Positions 49,631 to 63,414 of a stretch of 64,000 bases of DNA are shown here, piece after piece. Numbering within the stretch: the stretch's first letter is position 1; each line of letters begins with the position of its first letter. The notes below the pieces were generated by a model. The model ran no database searches. It saw nothing but the letters and a program-made list of their open reading frames with translations, and had not been told where the DNA came from. Source of the stretch: Desulfonatronovibrionaceae bacterium (lineage in GTDB: Bacteria > Desulfobacterota > Desulfovibrionia > Desulfovibrionales > Desulfonatronovibrionaceae). Both the position numbers and the translations under genes were made by a program. The stretch lies in the NCBI GenBank assembly GCA_046539845.1, contig JBKHGE010000004.1, positions 1 through 64,000 of the forward strand, given 5' to 3'.

Positions 49631-50824
49631 CTACTCCACTATTTCGGAAACGACTCCCGCACCAACGGTACGGCCGCCCTCCCGGATGGCGAAACGAAGA
49701 CCCGGCTCCATGGCCACCGGGACTATCAACTCAACCAAAAACGTGGTGTTGTCACCGGGCATGATCATCTCCACCCCGTCCGGCAGCGTCACTACACCAG
49801 TCACATCTGTGGTCCGAAAATAAAACTGAGGACGATAACCTGAGAAAAACGGAGTGTGACGACCGCCTTCCTCCTTGTTCAAAACATATACCTCGGCCTT
49901 GAAATTGCGATGCGGGGTTATCGAACCCGGTGCAGCCAATACCTGACCGCGCTCTACATCGTCGCGCTTCACGCCGCGCAAAAGAGCTCCAATATTGTCA
50001 CCGGCCTCACCCTGGTCCAATATCTTGCGGAACATCTCCACACCGGTGCAAACCGTCTTGGTCGTGTCCTTCATACCTACTATCTCGACCTCGTTGCCCA
50101 CCTTGATCACGCCGCGTTCCACTCGACCGGTCACAACCGTCCCCCGACCGGATATGGAAAACACATCCTCGATGGGCATCAAAAACGGCTTGTCTATATC
50201 ACGCTCCGGCTCGGGTATAAAATCATCACACGCCTGCAAAAGCTCCCATACGCACTTGGCTTCTTCGCTCTTCGCATCCTCGGTCTCCAAAGCCTTCAAA
50301 GCGCTGCCGGATATCACCGGGGTATCGTCTCCGGGAAAATCATACTTGCTCAAAAGCTCCCGAACCTCCAGCTCTACAAGCTCCAAAAGCTCAGGGTCGT
50401 CTACAAGATCAACCTTGTTCAAAAAAACCACTATGCTCGGAACTCCAACCTGACGGGCAAGAAGAATGTGCTCCCGGGTCTGCGGCATCGGACCGTCCGT
50501 GGCAGCAACAACCAATATCGCGCCGTCCATCTGGGCCGCACCTGTAATCATATTCTTGATGTAGTCAGCGTGACCCGGGCAGTCCACATGCGCATAATGC
50601 CGCTTGTCAGACTCGTACTCCACATGAGCAGTGGCTATCGTGATACCACGCTCCTTCTCCTCAGGCGCCTTGTCTATCTCATCAAAAGCCACATGCTTGC
50701 CGGTGCCGCTGCGGCTCAAAACATTCGTGATCGCTGCCGTCAATGTCGTCTTGCCGTGGTCTATATGACCCACGGTGCCAATATTCACATGCGGCTTCGT
50801 GCGTTCGTACTTGGACTTGCTCAT
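49631..50824 (-). CDS. tuf: elongation factor Tu
   Basis: [31 protein letters not shown]. Confidence 0.99.
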   Translation of the reverse strand: MSKSKYERTKPHVNIGTVGHIDHGKTTLTAAITNVLSRSGTGKHVAFDEIDKAPEEKERGITIATAHVEYESDKRHYAHVDCPGHADYIKNMITGAAQMDGAILVVAATDGPMPQTREHILLARQVGVPSIVVFLNKVDLVDDPELLELVELEVRELLSKYDFPGDDTPVISGSALKALETEDAKSEEAKCVWELLQACDDFIPEPERDIDKPFLMPIEDVFSISGRGTVVTGRVERGVIKVGNEVEIVGMKDTTKTVCTGVEMFRKILDQGEAGDNIGALLRGVKRDDVERGQVLAAPGSITPHRNFKAEVYVLNKEEGGRHTPFFSGYRPQFYFRTTDVTGVVTLPDGVEMIMPGDNTTFLVELIVPVAMEPGLRFAIREGGRTVGAGVVSEIVE

Positions 50825-50834
50825 AACCTACCCC

Positions 50835-52904
50835 CTAGTTGTTGAGAATTTCTTCGGCAATGCTGGCCGGAACCTGTTCATAATGACTGAACTGCATGGA
50901 ATACGTGGCCCTTCCTTGGGTCTTGGACCTGAGCTGGGTGGCATACCCGAACATGGAACTCAAAGGTACATGGCAGCGTATAATCTGGGTCCCGCCACGG
51001 GGTTCCAGGCCCTGGACCTTACCCCGCCTGCCGTTCATATCGCCCATGACATCGCCCAGATACTCCTCTGGGGTGAGAACCTCCACGAACATGATGGGCT
51101 CCAAAAGGACAAGGCCAGCCTTGTGACAGGCCTCCTTGATGGCCATGGAGGCGGATATGTAAAAAGCCTGCTCCGAAGAGTCAACCTCGTGATACGAACC
51201 ATAGACCAGGTTGACCTTGACATCCACAACCGGATAACCGGCGAGAACTCCGTTCTGCAGGGCATCCTTTATGCCTTTATCCACCGCCGGTATATATTCC
51301 TTGGGGATCACCCCGCCCACGATGGAATTGACAAATTCGTATCCGGCCCCGGTCTGGTTGGGCTCGACCTCTATAACCACATGGCCATACTGGCCCCGGC
51401 CCCCAGTCTGTTTAACATATCTGTTCTCGTGTTTCACGGACTTGGTAATGGTCTCTCGATAGGCAACCCTGGGCTGGCCAACATTGGCATCCACCTTGAA
51501 TTCCCGGGTCAGCCGATCCACGATGATGTCCAGATGCAACTCACCCATCCCGGAAATGAGAGTCTGATTGGTGTCCTCGTCCGTTTTGACCCTGAAGGAC
51601 GGGTCCTCTTTGGCCAGCTTCTGCAAAGCGGAGCTCAAAGCATCGCGGTCAGTCTTGGTCTTGGGCTCAATAGCTACTTCAATAACCGGCTCCGGGAAGT
51701 CCATGGACTCCAGCAGAACCGGCCGGTTTTCCGCACACAGGGTCTCCCCGGTGGCCGTGTTCTTCAAACCTACGGCGGCCACGATGTCCCCGGCATAGGC
51801 CTCTTTGATCTCTTCGCGCTTGTTGGAGTGCATCTTTAAAAGCCGGCCGATGCGCTCCTTCCTGCCGGTGGACGCGTTCACCACGGTCATACCGGATTCA
51901 ATGTGCCCGGAATAGATACGCAGGAACGTAAGATGCCCGACATAGGGATCGGAAGCCAGCTTGAACGCCAGAGCGCTCAGAGGCTTATCGTCTTCCGGTG
52001 GGCATTCAACGGCTTCCCCGCTGGCCGGATCAGTTCCCTGGATAGGGGGTACGTCCAGAGGAGAAGGCATGTAATCAACAACTGCATCCAGAAGCGGCTG
52101 CACGCCCTTGTTTTTAAAGGCTGATCCGCACAAAACCGGACAGATGGACAAATTGATCGTGGCCGCACGCACCCCGCGGGCAACCTCTTCCGGGGTCAGC
52201 TCCTCGCCGGCGATGTATTTATCCAGAAGCCCCTCGTCTTCCTCGGCTATGGCCTCAATCAGATGACTGCGCCAATTCTCGACCTCCTCGGTAAGCTCTG
52301 CTGGCACATCAGCATACTCGTATTTCTTACCCAGAGACTGTTCGTCAAAGATTATAGCCTTGGCATTGATCAGATCTACAACTCCCCGAAAACCTTCTTC
52401 ACTGCCTATTGGGAGCTGCAGAGGAACCGGCTTGGCCTTGAGCCTGTCCCGGATCATATCCACTACATGAAAAAAGTCCGCTCCCACCCGATCCATCTTG
52501 TTCACAAAAGCAATCCGCGGAACGCGGTACCGGTCCGCCTGCCTCCATACGGTCTCAGACTGCGGCTCAACTCCGCCCACCGCGCAGAATACAGCGATTG
52601 CTCCGTCCAAAACTCGTAAGGCGCGCTCCACTTCAACGGTAAAATCAACGTGACCGGGGGTATCAATGATATTGACCCGGGAATCACGCCAGAAACAGGT
52701 AGTCGCGGCCGAGGTAATGGTAATACCCCTTTCCTGCTCCTGTTCCATCCAGTCCATCACCGCTTCGCCGTCATGCACTTCGCCTATTTTGTGGGAGACA
52801 CCGGTATAGTACAGGATACGCTCGGTAGTGGTGGTCTTGCCCGCATCAATATGGGCCATGATCCCGATATTTCTTTGTTTTTCAATGGCAATCTTTCGTG
52901 GCAC
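50835..52904 (-). CDS. fusA: elongation factor G
   Basis: [29 protein letters not shown]. Confidence 0.99.
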   Translation of the reverse strand: MPRKIAIEKQRNIGIMAHIDAGKTTTTERILYYTGVSHKIGEVHDGEAVMDWMEQEQERGITITSAATTCFWRDSRVNIIDTPGHVDFTVEVERALRVLDGAIAVFCAVGGVEPQSETVWRQADRYRVPRIAFVNKMDRVGADFFHVVDMIRDRLKAKPVPLQLPIGSEEGFRGVVDLINAKAIIFDEQSLGKKYEYADVPAELTEEVENWRSHLIEAIAEEDEGLLDKYIAGEELTPEEVARGVRAATINLSICPVLCGSAFKNKGVQPLLDAVVDYMPSPLDVPPIQGTDPASGEAVECPPEDDKPLSALAFKLASDPYVGHLTFLRIYSGHIESGMTVVNASTGRKERIGRLLKMHSNKREEIKEAYAGDIVAAVGLKNTATGETLCAENRPVLLESMDFPEPVIEVAIEPKTKTDRDALSSALQKLAKEDPSFRVKTDEDTNQTLISGMGELHLDIIVDRLTREFKVDANVGQPRVAYRETITKSVKHENRYVKQTGGRGQYGHVVIEVEPNQTGAGYEFVNSIVGGVIPKEYIPAVDKGIKDALQNGVLAGYPVVDVKVNLVYGSYHEVDSSEQAFYISASMAIKEACHKAGLVLLEPIMFVEVLTPEEYLGDVMGDMNGRRGKVQGLEPRGGTQIIRCHVPLSSMFGYATQLRSKTQGRATYSMQFSHYEQVPASIAEEILNN

Positions 52905-52918
52905 AATAGTCTCCGAAT

Positions 52919-53389
52919 CTACCAGCGGTAATGGGCAAAGGCCTTATTTGCCTCCGCCATCCTGTGGGTATCTTCCTTTTTCTTAACCGCACCTCCGCGG
53001 TTGTTGTACGCATCCAAAAACTCTGCGGCCAGCTTGGCACGCACGCCTTTCTCCCCCCTGCCCCGGGCATTGGACACCAGCCAGCGTATGGCCAGAGTCT
53101 CCTGGCGGACCGGACGGACCTCCATGGGCACCTGATAAGTCGCTCCGCCGACACGACGGGACTTGACTTCCATCTGGGGTTTTACATTATCGAGTACTTG
53201 CTGAAAGGACCGGATGGGTTCCTCGCCGGTCTTGCTGGCTAGCTCCTCCAAAGCAGCATAAACCGCTCGCTCGGCAATACTCTTCTTTCCGTCCCGCATC
53301 AGCCTGTTTACAAACTTGGTAACCTGCTTGCTTCCATAAACAGGATCCGGAAGCACTTCTCTCTTGGGAACTGGACCCTTGCGTGGCAT
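52919..53389 (-). CDS. rpsG: 30S ribosomal protein S7
   Basis: [24 protein letters not shown]. Confidence 0.99.
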   Translation of the reverse strand: MPRKGPVPKREVLPDPVYGSKQVTKFVNRLMRDGKKSIAERAVYAALEELASKTGEEPIRSFQQVLDNVKPQMEVKSRRVGGATYQVPMEVRPVRQETLAIRWLVSNARGRGEKGVRAKLAAEFLDAYNNRGGAVKKKEDTHRMAEANKAFAHYRW

Positions 53390-53408
53390 CTTCTACTCCT
53401 TCAACACA

Positions 53409-53780
53409 CTATTTGGGACGCTTGGTGCCGTATTTGGAACGACTCTTGCGCCTGTCCTGGACCCCTGAGGTGTCCAGTGTTCCGCGAATCACGGTATAAC
53501 GAACACCCGGCAGATCCTTGACCCGGCCGCCGCGAACCATAACCACCGAATGCTCCTGCAGATTATGACCCTCGCCCGGGATATAGGCAGTGACCTCAAT
53601 GGTATTGGTCAGCCTGACCCTGGCCACCTTGCGCAGAGCGGAGTTGGGTTTCTTGGGCGTGGTCGTGTACACCCGGACACATACGCCGCGTCTCTGCGGG
53701 CACTTCTGCAGGGCCGCAGTCTTCTTGCTGGTTGTAATCTTCTTTCTGGACTTTCGCACCAGTTGATTTATGGTCGGCAT
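53409..53780 (-). CDS. rpsL: 30S ribosomal protein S12
   Basis: [20 protein letters not shown]. Confidence 0.99.
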   Translation of the reverse strand: MPTINQLVRKSRKKITTSKKTAALQKCPQRRGVCVRVYTTTPKKPNSALRKVARVRLTNTIEVTAYIPGEGHNLQEHSVVMVRGGRVKDLPGVRYTVIRGTLDTSGVQDRRKSRSKYGTKRPK

Positions 53781-53817
53781 CTTTCCTCCATACTAGACGT
53801 CTTGCTGAAACCGCCGT

Positions 53818-53846
53818 CGTTTAGTTGATGGCCATGAGAATGTCAA
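53818..53846 (-). promoter_or_regulatory. putative str operon promoter
   Basis: TTGACA-N17-TAAACG (perfect -35, imperfect -10). Confidence 0.4.
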
Positions 53847-53911
53847 GTCCCAAAACTGCCCGCCGGGTCGCCCCAAAGGCTGAATGGCCTTGTCCTGCGG
53901 GGCCAAAAAGG

Positions 53912-56900
53912 CTATCCCGCAGGATAGTGTTCCCCTTCCAGGTCCTCCAGGAATTTGTCCTCACGCTCCGGTTGGTCCGGGACCAAAATATCATTTTCAA
54001 TATACGGCCTGTAGCCGGTGCCGGCCGGTATCAGCCGGCCGACGATCACATTTTCCTTGAGCCCGCTCAATTCGTCCTTCTTGCAGCGCATGGCCGCCTC
54101 GGTGAGCACCTTGGTGGTCTCCTGAAAAGACGCCGCGGAAATAAAGGACTCGGTACTCAATGAGGCCTGGGTTATCCCCAGTACGAGCGGCTCGGCCACC
54201 GCCGGGGTCTTCCCCTCGCGGATGCAGGCCTCATTGGCGCTCATGAACCTGCCCTTGTCCACATGTTCTCCCACCAGAAATCCGGTGTCGCCGGGGCTGA
54301 TCACGTTCACCTTCTTCAGCATCTGGCGGACAATTATCTCGATATGCTTGTCGTTAATATGCACACCCTGAAAGCGGTATACTTCCTGGATCTCCTCCAC
54401 CAGGTACTTAGCCAGGGGCTTTTCACCCTTGATCTTCAGGATATCGTGCAACTCGGGATTGCCCTCGGTCAGTGCCTCGCCAGCCTCGACAAAATCCCCT
54501 TCCTGCACAGTTATATGCTTACCCTTAGGGATTAGGTATTCCTTTGGCTCCCCGGTCTCTGGGGTAACCAGTATCTTGCGCTTGCCCTTAGATTCCTGGC
54601 CGAAGGAAATAATCCCGTCTATTTCCGTGACTACGGCCTGATCCTTGGGCTTGCGAACCTCGAACAGTTCGGCCACCCGGGGAAGACCTCCGACAATATC
54701 CTTGGTCTTGGAAGTCTCCCGTGGCTTCCTGGCGATTATGTCCCCGGCGTTCAAAAGATCGCCCTCGCGGGCCATTAATATGGCCCCCACCGGCAGATGG
54801 AATACCGCCTCGGAGTTGGTCCCGGGGCGGGTCTTTACGTTCCCGTTTTCGTCGCATACTGAGATGCTCGGACGATAATTGGTGGACCGGTACTCGATAA
54901 TGGTCTGCGTGGCCTGGTTGGTGGTCTCGTCTACCTTCTCCTGTACAGTCCTGCCTTCGATTATATCCGAGAAATGGATATACCCCTCCACGTCGGTCAC
55001 AAACGGCTCGTTGAATGGATCCCACTCTGCTAGCGGCGCCCCCTTGTCCACGCTCTGCTCGTGACCCACGAATATCTTGGCCCCGGAGGGCAGGGAATAT
55101 TTCTCCCGCTCCCGACCCTGACTGTCCACGATGCGGATCTGTCCGCTCTTGCCCAGGACCATGGTCTCATCGCTTTTATTGGTCACGGTCCGCACCCTGG
55201 AGAGGACCACCTGCCCCTTGTTCTGGGCGGTAATGCTGGACTGTTCAATCTCCTTGGACGCGGTCCCGCCGATATGAAAGGTGCGCATGGTCAGCTGGGT
55301 ACCAGGTTCTCCGATGGACTGGGCGGCGATAATGCCCACGGTTTCGCCCACGTTGACCAGATGGCCGCGGGCCAGATCCCGGCCGTAGCAAAGAGAGCAA
55401 ACACCCTTTTTGCTCTTACAGGTAAGTGCGGAGCGGATGGTCACACTGGAAATCCCGACTTCTTCTATCTGCTCTGCCTTTTCCTCATCGATCAAGGTAT
55501 TGCCGGAGACGATAAGCTCATTGGTCTCCGGGTCATAGACGTCAAACATGCTGATCCGGCCCAGGATCCGGTCTTTAAGGCGCTCTTTTATCTCTCCGGC
55601 CTTGACCATATGGGCAATCTCGATCCCGTCAACAGTCCCGCAATCATACTCGGAGACAACTACATCTTGGACCACATCCACCAGCCTACGGGTCAGATAC
55701 CCGGAATTGGCCGTCTTAAGGGCAGTGTCGGCCAGTCCCTTCCGCGCCCCGTGTGTGGAAGTGAAGTACTGCAGGACCGTCAGGCCTTCCCGGAAGCTGG
55801 AGGTGATCGGCGTCTCGATGATTTCCCCGGACGGCTTGGCCATAAGACCGCGTATCCCGGCCAGCTGACGCATCTGATCCTTGTTGCCCCGGGCCCCGGA
55901 ATTGGCCATCATAAACACCGGGTTCAGACTGACATCTGTTTTTTTCTCCCCGGTCTGTTCGTTGCGAACCGTATCCGTGGACAGCTCCTTCATCATCTCC
56001 GAAGAGATATCGTTGGTGGCCTTGGTCCATACGTCCACCACCTTGTTGTACTTCTCAGTCCGGGTAATTATCCCTTCCCGATACTGCTTCTCAATCTGAC
56101 TGACCTCGCTTTGGGCCGAATCCAGGTAACCCGCCTTCTTGTCCGGGATTTTCAGGTCCTTGAGCCCGATGGTTACACCCGCCCGGGTGGAGTATTCATA
56201 CCCCAGGTCTTTTATCCGATCGCAGAGGATGACCGTGGCCTTGGTCCCGGCGTTGCGGTAGGTCTCGCCCACCAAACGGCCGATGGCCTTTTTGTTCAAG
56301 AGGCAGTTCACAAGACCGAACGGGACCCCTTCGGGCAAAAGTTCGCCCACAATTATCCGGCCCGGAGTGGTCTCCACGAGTTCCCCGTCTATGCGGACCT
56401 TAACCCGGGCATGCAGACTGACGTAGCCGCTGTCGTAGGCTACGACCACCTCTTCCGGGCCGTAGAACACCTTGCCCTCTCCCTTCTCAAAGGAACGATC
56501 CACGGTCAGGTAATAAAGCCCGAGGACTATATCCTGGGTGGGCACGATGATCGGCTCACCGTTGGCCGGGGAGAGGATATTGTTCGTGGACATGACCAAA
56601 ACCCGGCACTCGATCTGGGCCTCAATGGACAGGGGCACGTGTACCGCCATCTGGTCCCCGTCAAAATCAGCGTTGAACGCGGTGCACACCAGGGGATGCA
56701 GACGGATGGCCTTGCCTTCGACCAGTATCGGCTCAAAGGCCTGGATACCCAGCCTGTGCAGGGTGGGGGCGCGGTTAAGGAGTATGGGGTACTCCCGGAC
56801 CACGTCCTCCAGGACGTCCCAGACCACCATATCCCGGCGCTCGACCATCTTTTTGGCGCTTTTGATAGTGCTGGCGTCTCCGCGCGCCTCCAGCTTGGAA

Positions 56901-58060
56901 TAAATAAACGGCTTAAACAGCTCCAGGGCCATCTGCTTGGGCAGTCCACACTGATGCAGTTTCAAATTCGGGCCGACCACGATCACCGAGCGCCCGGAAT
57001 AATCCACACGCTTGCCCAAAAGGTTCTGCCTGAACCGGCCCTGTTTACCTTTGATCATATCCGAAAGCGACTTCAAAGGCCGGCCGTTGGTCCCGGTTAT
57101 AGCCTTGCCCCTTCTGCCGTTGTCAAGCAGGGCGTCCACCGCCTCCTGGAGCATCCGTTTCTCATTGCGGATAATTATGTCCGGAGCACCGAGCTCCAAA
57201 AGCCTTTTCAGGCGATTGTTCCGGTTGATCACCCGCCTATACAGATCGTTGAGATCAGAGGTGGCAAAACGGCCGCCGTCCAATGGGACCAGAGGCCGCA
57301 ATTCCGGGGGGATCACCGGAATCACGTTTAAGATCATCCATTCCGGCCGGTTGGTGGAATCGAGGAAGGATTCCACCACGCGCAGGCGTTTGGCCAGCTT
57401 CTTCTTTTTGGTCTGCGACCTGGTCTTCAGGGAGTCCTCCCGGAGCTCGTCCCGCAGTTTTATCAGATCAATATCTGCAAAAAGTTCCAAAACTGCCTCT
57501 GCGCCCATGCCCACACGAAAAGAGTCTTCCCCGTAGTGGTCCAGATACTGCAGAAACTGGTCCTCGGTAATTATCTGCTTTTTCTCCAGGGAGGTCTGTC
57601 CGGGATCCAGGACTATATAGGCATCAAAATAGAGCACCTTCTCCAGATCGGCCATAGTCAGGTCCAAAAGGGTGGCGATCTTCGAGGGCTGGCTCTTTAC
57701 AAACCAGATATGGGCCACCGGAGCGGCCAGCTCGATATGGCCCATGCGTTCCCGCCGCACCTTGGAGGCGATCACTTCCACGCCGCATTTTTCGCAGACA
57801 ATCCCCCTGTGCTTCATGCGCTTGTATTTGCCGCAATTGCATTCGTAATCTTTGACCGGTCCAAAGATCTTGGCACAGAAAAGGCCGTCCCTTTCCGGCT
57901 TGAAGGTCCTGTAGTTTATGGTCTCCGGCTTCTTTACCTCTCCGAACGACCATTCCCTGATCTTTTCCGGCGAAGCGATACGGATCTGCAGTCCTTCCAG
58001 TTCCTGACTGCTGACGTTTGAAGCGTTGCTCCTCTGGCTGAACAGATCGTCGAGCGTCAT
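53912..58060 (-). CDS. rpoC: RNA polymerase beta' subunit
   Basis: [29 protein letters not shown]. Confidence 0.99.
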   Translation of the reverse strand: MTLDDLFSQRSNASNVSSQELEGLQIRIASPEKIREWSFGEVKKPETINYRTFKPERDGLFCAKIFGPVKDYECNCGKYKRMKHRGIVCEKCGVEVIASKVRRERMGHIELAAPVAHIWFVKSQPSKIATLLDLTMADLEKVLYFDAYIVLDPGQTSLEKKQIITEDQFLQYLDHYGEDSFRVGMGAEAVLELFADIDLIKLRDELREDSLKTRSQTKKKKLAKRLRVVESFLDSTNRPEWMILNVIPVIPPELRPLVPLDGGRFATSDLNDLYRRVINRNNRLKRLLELGAPDIIIRNEKRMLQEAVDALLDNGRRGKAITGTNGRPLKSLSDMIKGKQGRFRQNLLGKRVDYSGRSVIVVGPNLKLHQCGLPKQMALELFKPFIYSKLEARGDASTIKSAKKMVERRDMVVWDVLEDVVREYPILLNRAPTLHRLGIQAFEPILVEGKAIRLHPLVCTAFNADFDGDQMAVHVPLSIEAQIECRVLVMSTNNILSPANGEPIIVPTQDIVLGLYYLTVDRSFEKGEGKVFYGPEEVVVAYDSGYVSLHARVKVRIDGELVETTPGRIIVGELLPEGVPFGLVNCLLNKKAIGRLVGETYRNAGTKATVILCDRIKDLGYEYSTRAGVTIGLKDLKIPDKKAGYLDSAQSEVSQIEKQYREGIITRTEKYNKVVDVWTKATNDISSEMMKELSTDTVRNEQTGEKKTDVSLNPVFMMANSGARGNKDQMRQLAGIRGLMAKPSGEIIETPITSSFREGLTVLQYFTSTHGARKGLADTALKTANSGYLTRRLVDVVQDVVVSEYDCGTVDGIEIAHMVKAGEIKERLKDRILGRISMFDVYDPETNELIVSGNTLIDEEKAEQIEEVGISSVTIRSALTCKSKKGVCSLCYGRDLARGHLVNVGETVGIIAAQSIGEPGTQLTMRTFHIGGTASKEIEQSSITAQNKGQVVLSRVRTVTNKSDETMVLGKSGQIRIVDSQGREREKYSLPSGAKIFVGHEQSVDKGAPLAEWDPFNEPFVTDVEGYIHFSDIIEGRTVQEKVDETTNQATQTIIEYRSTNYRPSISVCDENGNVKTRPGTNSEAVFHLPVGAILMAREGDLLNAGDIIARKPRETSKTKDIVGGLPRVAELFEVRKPKDQAVVTEIDGIISFGQESKGKRKILVTPETGEPKEYLIPKGKHITVQEGDFVEAGEALTEGNPELHDILKIKGEKPLAKYLVEEIQEVYRFQGVHINDKHIEIIVRQMLKKVNVISPGDTGFLVGEHVDKGRFMSANEACIREGKTPAVAEPLVLGITQASLSTESFISAASFQETTKVLTEAAMRCKKDELSGLKENVIVGRLIPAGTGYRPYIENDILVPDQPEREDKFLEDLEGEHYPAG

Positions 58061-58087
58061 ATGTATATCCCTCTTTATGGGCTGAGA

Positions 58088-61000
58088 TTAGTTCTTGTGG
58101 CCCTTTTTCTTCTCGTCCAGATGCAGCTCCACATCCAGACCGAGGGCCATGAGTTCCTTGATAAGCACGTTGAAAGACTCCGGGAGTCCGGACTCCAGGA
58201 AGTTGTCTCCCTTGACTATCTTCTCATACATGTGCACCCGTCCGCCGACATCGTCGGACTTGACAGTAAGGAACTCCTGCAAAAGATAACTGGCCCCGTA
58301 AGCCTCGATGGCCCAGACCTCCATTTCGCCCAGGCGCTGACCACCGAACTGGGCCTTGCCCCCCAACGGCTGTTGGGTGACAAGTGAATAGGGGCCTGTG
58401 GACCGGGCATGGATCTTCTCGTCCACGAGGTGGTGCAGCTTGAGCATGTACATATTGCCCACGGTGACCCGTTCGTGAAAGGGGTCTCCAGTACGCCCGT
58501 CAAAGAGCTTGGACTTCCCGTCGTCACCCAGGCCAGCTTTTTTCAGCCAGCCCCAAATCTCCTCTTCCCGCGCACCGTCAAATACCGGGGTCTTGGTGAT
58601 AATGCCCTTTTTCATCTCCTTTACAGCAGAGACAAACTCCTCGTCGTCTAGGCTGTCCACCAGCTCCGAGGTCTCCCGGGAATCAAAAGTCGCTTTGACT
58701 TCATCGCGTACCCGGGCCAGATCCGCCCCTTGTTCCAGCATCTCTCCCAGTTGCTTGCCGAGCTCTCTGGCTGCCCAGCCCAGATGGGTCTCCATAATCT
58801 GCCCGATATTCATCCGGGAGGGAACACCCAGGGGATTGAGGACTATATCCATCGGCACCCCGTCAGAGAAAAACGGCATGTCCTCTTCCGGGAGGATATT
58901 GGAAACAACACCCTTGTTCCCGTGCCGACCGGCCATCTTGTCCCCGACGCTCAATTTGCGTTTGACCGCTATATACACCTTGACCATCTTGATCACGCCC
59001 GGAGGCATGTCGTCGCCTTCGCTGGCCTTCTCCCGCTTCAGATCGTAGGAACGGCGGATGAACTCCAGCTGGGCGTTATAGGCGGAAATTATATCCTCCA
59101 CCTCGGAGTTGACCTCCTTGGAGGAAAACGCCCCGGACAGCTTTTTCACCGGTAAAGAGTCCAAAAGGTCCCTGGTCAATGTGGAGTTGGCCTCGGCCAG
59201 GACCTGGTTCTTCTTGCTGCCCATGATGGTCGAGCCCAGACGCTTCCCGGAAACGGCCTTCCACAGCCTTTCTCTGACGTTGGCGGTCAGACCGGAAATA
59301 TGTTGGGACTCCTTGCGCGAAATCCGGGCCAGCTCAGCGTCCTCTATCTCCTTGGTCCGCTCGTTCTTTTCCCCGGATCTGCGGTTAAAGACCTTGACAT
59401 TGATCACCGTACCCTCGATCCCCGGGGGAACCTTGAGCGACGTGTTCTTCACGTCCCGGGCCTTATCCCCGAATATAGCCCGCAAAAGCCTCTCTTCCGG
59501 GGTCAGCTGGGTTTCGCCCTTGGGTGTGATCTTGCCCACCAGGATATCGTCCGGCTCCACTTTGGCCCCGAGGCGGATGATGCCGCTGTCATCCAGGTCC
59601 CGGAGCATCTCTTCACTCACATTGGGGATATCTCTGGTTATCTCTTCCGGTCCGAGCTTGGTGTCCCGGGCGACCACCTCGAATTCCTCAATGTGTACCG
59701 AGGTGAACACGTCCTCCTTGACCACCCGCTCGGAGATCAGAATGGAGTCCTCATAATTGTATCCACACCAGGGCATGAACGCGACCAGGAGGTTTTTGCC
59801 CAAAGCCACTTCCCCGTCGAGGATGCCTGCTCCGTCGGCCAGGACATCGCCCTTGGCCACTTTTTGGTTCATAGACACGCGGGGCTTTTGCCCGAAGCAA
59901 CTGTTCTGGTTGGACTTGTGGAATTTCTGCAGTTCGTAGGAGGCGGCTCCACCTGTCTTGGAGTGCACTTCCGGATCATCGTAGGAAACCACCACCCTTT
60001 CCGCATCCACATATCGGACCACCCCGTCGGCCTCGGCCAGTACGCAGCTCCCGGAATCCCGGGCGATGGTCCCTTCCATGCCAGTACCCACCAGGGGCAA
60101 CTCGGCCCGCAAAAGGGGCACTGCCTGACGCTGCATATTCGAGCCCATAAGGGCCCGGTTGGCATCGTCGTGCTCCAGAAAGGGAATGACCGCCGCGGAA
60201 ATGGATACGATCTGGCTGGGGGAGATGTCCATCAGGGTCACCTCGTCATGCTGCACGAGAGCGAACTCCCCCTTGACCCGCGCGGCCACAAGCTCGTTAA
60301 CGAATTTCCCGTCTTCCTCAACCGGGGCGTTGGCCTGGGCGATGATCTCCCCACTCTCCTTGTTGGCGTCCATGTACTTGATCTCGTCGGTCACCCGGGA
60401 ATCACGGACTACCCTGTACGGGGTCTCGATAAAACCAAACTCATTAACCTGGGCATAGGTGGTAAGGGAGACGATCAGTCCAATATTCGGCCCCTCCGGG
60501 GTCTCAATGGGACAAATCCGGCCGTAATGACTGGGATGTACGTCCCGGACCTCAAAACCGGCCCTCTCCCGAGTCAAACCGCCCGGGCCCAGGGCGGACA
60601 ATCTCCTCTTGTGCGTCACCTCGGACAGGGCATTGGTCTGGTCCATGAACTGGGAAAGCTGGGAGGTGCCGAAGAACTCACGCAAAACCGCGGTAACCGG
60701 CTTGGGGTTGATCAGATCGTGAGGCATGAGCGTGGCCACTTCCTGCAGGCTCATGCGTTCCTTTATGGCCCGCTCCATACGGACCAGACCGATGCGGTAC
60801 TGATTCTCCACCAACTCCCCGACGGAGCGTACCCGACGGTTCCCCAGGTGATCTATATCATCAGCCGGTCCAAGGGTATCCTTGAGTCGGATAAGATGCT
60901 TCAGGGTCAAGAGGATGTCCTCGTTGGTCAGGGTCTGCTTGTCCATGGGCGCGTTCGAGCCCAGTCTGGAATTGAGCTTGTACCTACCTACCGGGGACAG

Positions 61001-62188
61001 ATCATAGTAATCCGGATTGCGGAAAAGATTGTCAAAAAAACTGGCCGCGATCTCCGGTGTGGGGGGTGAGCTTGGCCGCAAGCGTTTGTAGATCTCCACC
61101 TGTGCGGATTCCATGTCCGGGACCTTGTCCAGCTGCAGGGTATCCCGGATAGAAGAGGAAACCTCCTGTCCGGAGGTGTAAAGGATCTGAATGTCCTTTA
61201 CCCCGGCTTCCTCTATCGCGCTCAGGACCTCGCCGTCCAGAGCGGCTCCGGCCTCGGCAATCACCTCGCCGGTTTGATTGTCCACTATCTCCTCACCCAC
61301 GTAGCTGGACTTGAGTTCAGAGGGATTTATCTCCATAAACTCCAACCCGGAGGAAACGATTTTCTTCCATAATCTCTTGGTGATGGGTCGCCCTGCCTTG
61401 ACCAGTACCTCGCCGTTGCCGTCGATAATATCGGAAAACGCGACTTCCTTTCTGTACTGATCCGGATTGACCTTGCGGAACACCCGTTCGCCTTCGATAC
61501 GCAGGGTTTCCCGCTCATAAAAATAGTTGAGGATCTCCTCGGCGGTAAGCCCCATGGCCTTAAGCAGGATGGTCACCGGCATCTTTCTGCGTCTGTCGAT
61601 CCGAACGTGGAGGATATCCTTGTGGTCAAAGTCGAAATCCAGCCAGGATCCGCGCATGGGTATAATCCGGGAACTGTACAGCACCTTGCGGCTGCTGTGG
61701 GTCTTCCCGGAATCGTGCTCGAAAATAATGCCCGGAGAGCGTTGCAGCTGGTTGACTATGACCCGCTCAGTCCCGTTGATTATAAAGGTCCCCTTATCCG
61801 TCATCAGCGGAATGGTCCCGAAATAGATATCCTGTTCCTTAATATCCCGGATGGTCCTGTTCTCGGTCTCCTCGTCCACGTCAAAGACCACCAGACGGAC
61901 CTTGATGCGGATGGGGGCCTCGTAGGTCAGGCCCTTGGTGATGCACTCCTCCTCGTCATATTTGGGATCTCCCATCTCGTAACTAACGAATTCCAATGTG
62001 GCGGACTTGTTGAAATCCTCGATGGGGAACACGGACCTAAAGACCGCCTCCAGCCCTTTGTCCATACGGTTCTCGGGCGGGGCATCAAACTGCAAAAGCT
62101 CTTTGTATGAGTTCACCTGCAGAGTCAGCAGGTTCGGAATTTCCAAAGGCCTTCTGATTTTCCCGAAATTTTTTACGAATCGCGCCAT
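58088..62188 (-). CDS. rpoB: RNA polymerase beta subunit
   Basis: [40 protein letters not shown]. Confidence 0.99.
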   Translation of the reverse strand: MARFVKNFGKIRRPLEIPNLLTLQVNSYKELLQFDAPPENRMDKGLEAVFRSVFPIEDFNKSATLEFVSYEMGDPKYDEEECITKGLTYEAPIRIKVRLVVFDVDEETENRTIRDIKEQDIYFGTIPLMTDKGTFIINGTERVIVNQLQRSPGIIFEHDSGKTHSSRKVLYSSRIIPMRGSWLDFDFDHKDILHVRIDRRRKMPVTILLKAMGLTAEEILNYFYERETLRIEGERVFRKVNPDQYRKEVAFSDIIDGNGEVLVKAGRPITKRLWKKIVSSGLEFMEINPSELKSSYVGEEIVDNQTGEVIAEAGAALDGEVLSAIEEAGVKDIQILYTSGQEVSSSIRDTLQLDKVPDMESAQVEIYKRLRPSSPPTPEIAASFFDNLFRNPDYYDLSPVGRYKLNSRLGSNAPMDKQTLTNEDILLTLKHLIRLKDTLGPADDIDHLGNRRVRSVGELVENQYRIGLVRMERAIKERMSLQEVATLMPHDLINPKPVTAVLREFFGTSQLSQFMDQTNALSEVTHKRRLSALGPGGLTRERAGFEVRDVHPSHYGRICPIETPEGPNIGLIVSLTTYAQVNEFGFIETPYRVVRDSRVTDEIKYMDANKESGEIIAQANAPVEEDGKFVNELVAARVKGEFALVQHDEVTLMDISPSQIVSISAAVIPFLEHDDANRALMGSNMQRQAVPLLRAELPLVGTGMEGTIARDSGSCVLAEADGVVRYVDAERVVVSYDDPEVHSKTGGAASYELQKFHKSNQNSCFGQKPRVSMNQKVAKGDVLADGAGILDGEVALGKNLLVAFMPWCGYNYEDSILISERVVKEDVFTSVHIEEFEVVARDTKLGPEEITRDIPNVSEEMLRDLDDSGIIRLGAKVEPDDILVGKITPKGETQLTPEERLLRAIFGDKARDVKNTSLKVPPGIEGTVINVKVFNRRSGEKNERTKEIEDAELARISRKESQHISGLTANVRERLWKAVSGKRLGSTIMGSKKNQVLAEANSTLTRDLLDSLPVKKLSGAFSSKEVNSEVEDIISAYNAQLEFIRRSYDLKREKASEGDDMPPGVIKMVKVYIAVKRKLSVGDKMAGRHGNKGVVSNILPEEDMPFFSDGVPMDIVLNPLGVPSRMNIGQIMETHLGWAARELGKQLGEMLEQGADLARVRDEVKATFDSRETSELVDSLDDEEFVSAVKEMKKGIITKTPVFDGAREEEIWGWLKKAGLGDDGKSKLFDGRTGDPFHERVTVGNMYMLKLHHLVDEKIHARSTGPYSLVTQQPLGGKAQFGGQRLGEMEVWAIEAYGASYLLQEFLTVKSDDVGGRVHMYEKIVKGDNFLESGLPESFNVLIKELMALGLDVELHLDEKKKGHKN

Positions 62189-62293
62189 TTCAATCCTCTT
62201 GCATGCAGGGATGTTCTTTTTAAGGTAGGGATGCGCATCTTCAAATTAGGATGCAAAAACCAGTATCAAAATAAGTTAGACAACAATAACAAA

Positions 62294-62339
62294 TGTTTTA
62301 AGAGCGCAATACCCCCTGGGAAGTTGCGCTCTTAAAACA
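62294..62339 (-). terminator. terminator/attenuator hairpin between rplL and rpoB
   Basis: 16-bp perfect inverted repeat TGTTTTAAGAGCGCAA / TTGCGCTCTTAAAACA followed by TTTGTTATT. Confidence 0.7.
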
Positions 62340-62366
62340 GAGTACTGGAAATTAAGAAACAGTTTG

Positions 62367-62759
62367 TTATTTGAGCTCGACAGTTGCGCCGGCCTCTTCA
62401 AGCTGGGATTTAGCGTCTTCGGCCTGCTCCTTGGTTACGGCTTCCTTGATGGGGGAAGGCAGTTCATCCACCTTGGCCTTGGCCTCTTTAAGACCCAGGC
62501 CGGTCAAAGCCCGTACGGCCTTGATCACGGCGATCTTGTTTCCGCCCACTTCCTTGAGTACGACATCAAATTCAGTCTGCTCTTCTTCCGGCTCGCCGCC
62601 TCCGGCATCACCGGCTGCAGGAGCAGCTGCTGCCGCGGCCACAGGAGCAGCTGCGGAAACACCGAACTTGTCCTCGAGCTCCTTGATAAATTCGGAGAGC
62701 TCCAAAACTGTCATATTTGAAATAAAATCAATTACCTGCTCTTTTGTTACCTCTGCCAT
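62367..62759 (-). CDS. rplL: 50S ribosomal protein L7/L12
   Basis: [27 protein letters not shown]. Confidence 0.99.
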   Translation of the reverse strand: MAEVTKEQVIDFISNMTVLELSEFIKELEDKFGVSAAAPVAAAAAAPAAGDAGGGEPEEEQTEFDVVLKEVGGNKIAVIKAVRALTGLGLKEAKAKVDELPSPIKEAVTKEQAEDAKSQLEEAGATVELK

Positions 62760-62789
62760 TTGTTCCTCCTTAAAACTTTAAACTTTGAC

Positions 62790-63311
62790 TCATCCCTGTT
62801 CTTTCTGCTCTTTAATGGCGTTCATTGCATAAAGCATGTTACGGAGCAGATTGGCGAACACGCAGACAAAATTGGTGGGAACAGCATTCATCGTGGCCAG
62901 TGTCTTGGCCAGCAGCTCTTCCCTGCCCGGCAGTTTGGCCAACTGATCTATCTGCTCGTCCGTCAGATAGCTGCCGTCCAGACTGGCAAACTTGGTCTTC
63001 ATCTTTTTGTTCTTCTTGATGAATTCCACCAGAAGCTTGGCAGTCTGAACCGGATCGTCATAGCCAAAGGCTATTCCGCAGTTCTCAACCAGTTTGCCGC
63101 TCAGGCAGTCGTGGGGTCCGTCCTTCAAGGCAATTCCGGCCAAGGTGTTTTTTACCACCTTGTACTCCACACCCTGCTCGCGCAGCTTGCTGCGCAAACC
63201 GGACATCTCCTCCACGGAGAGCCCTTTGAAGTCAGTCACCACGGCAATTTTGGACTTGTCCGCCTTGCTCTTCAGGCTTTCAATCACTTCTGCCTTTTCT
63301 GCCCTTTTCAC
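62790..63311 (-). CDS. rplJ: 50S ribosomal protein L10
   Basis: VVKNTL, LAKLPGREELLA; expected position. Confidence 0.98.
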   Translation of the reverse strand: MKRAEKAEVIESLKSKADKSKIAVVTDFKGLSVEEMSGLRSKLREQGVEYKVVKNTLAGIALKDGPHDCLSGKLVENCGIAFGYDDPVQTAKLLVEFIKKNKKMKTKFASLDGSYLTDEQIDQLAKLPGREELLAKTLATMNAVPTNFVCVFANLLRNMLYAMNAIKEQKEQG

Positions 63312-63340
63312 CTCAACACCTCTCTTTATATATAGGGCAC

Positions 63341-63401
63341 AGAGTCAAAGCGGTCTCGGCAGGAGATTAAGGCCCGCAGGCCGCCTGCTGTCTCTGACTC
63401 T
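63341..63401 (-). ncRNA. L10 leader (rplJ autoregulatory RNA)
   Basis: AGAGTCAGAGACAGCAGG-CGGCCTGCGGGCC-TTAATCTCCTGCCGAGACCGCTTTGACTCT; GACAGCAGG...TTAA...CCTGCCGAG core upstream of rplJ. Confidence 0.8.
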
Positions 63402-63414
63402 TTTCCCCGATTGG

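Noticed and set aside
37057..61069. Long plus-strand ORFs (37057-38595, 39226-40845, 55061-57331, 59300-61069 and others)
   Set aside because: Antisense shadows of conserved GC-rich genes with no protein-family motifs.
53409..62188. Resistance alleles or inteins in rpsL, rpoB or rpoC
   Set aside because: S12 lysines and the main RpoB rifampicin-cluster Q/D/H/S residues are canonical; protein lengths leave no room for inteins.
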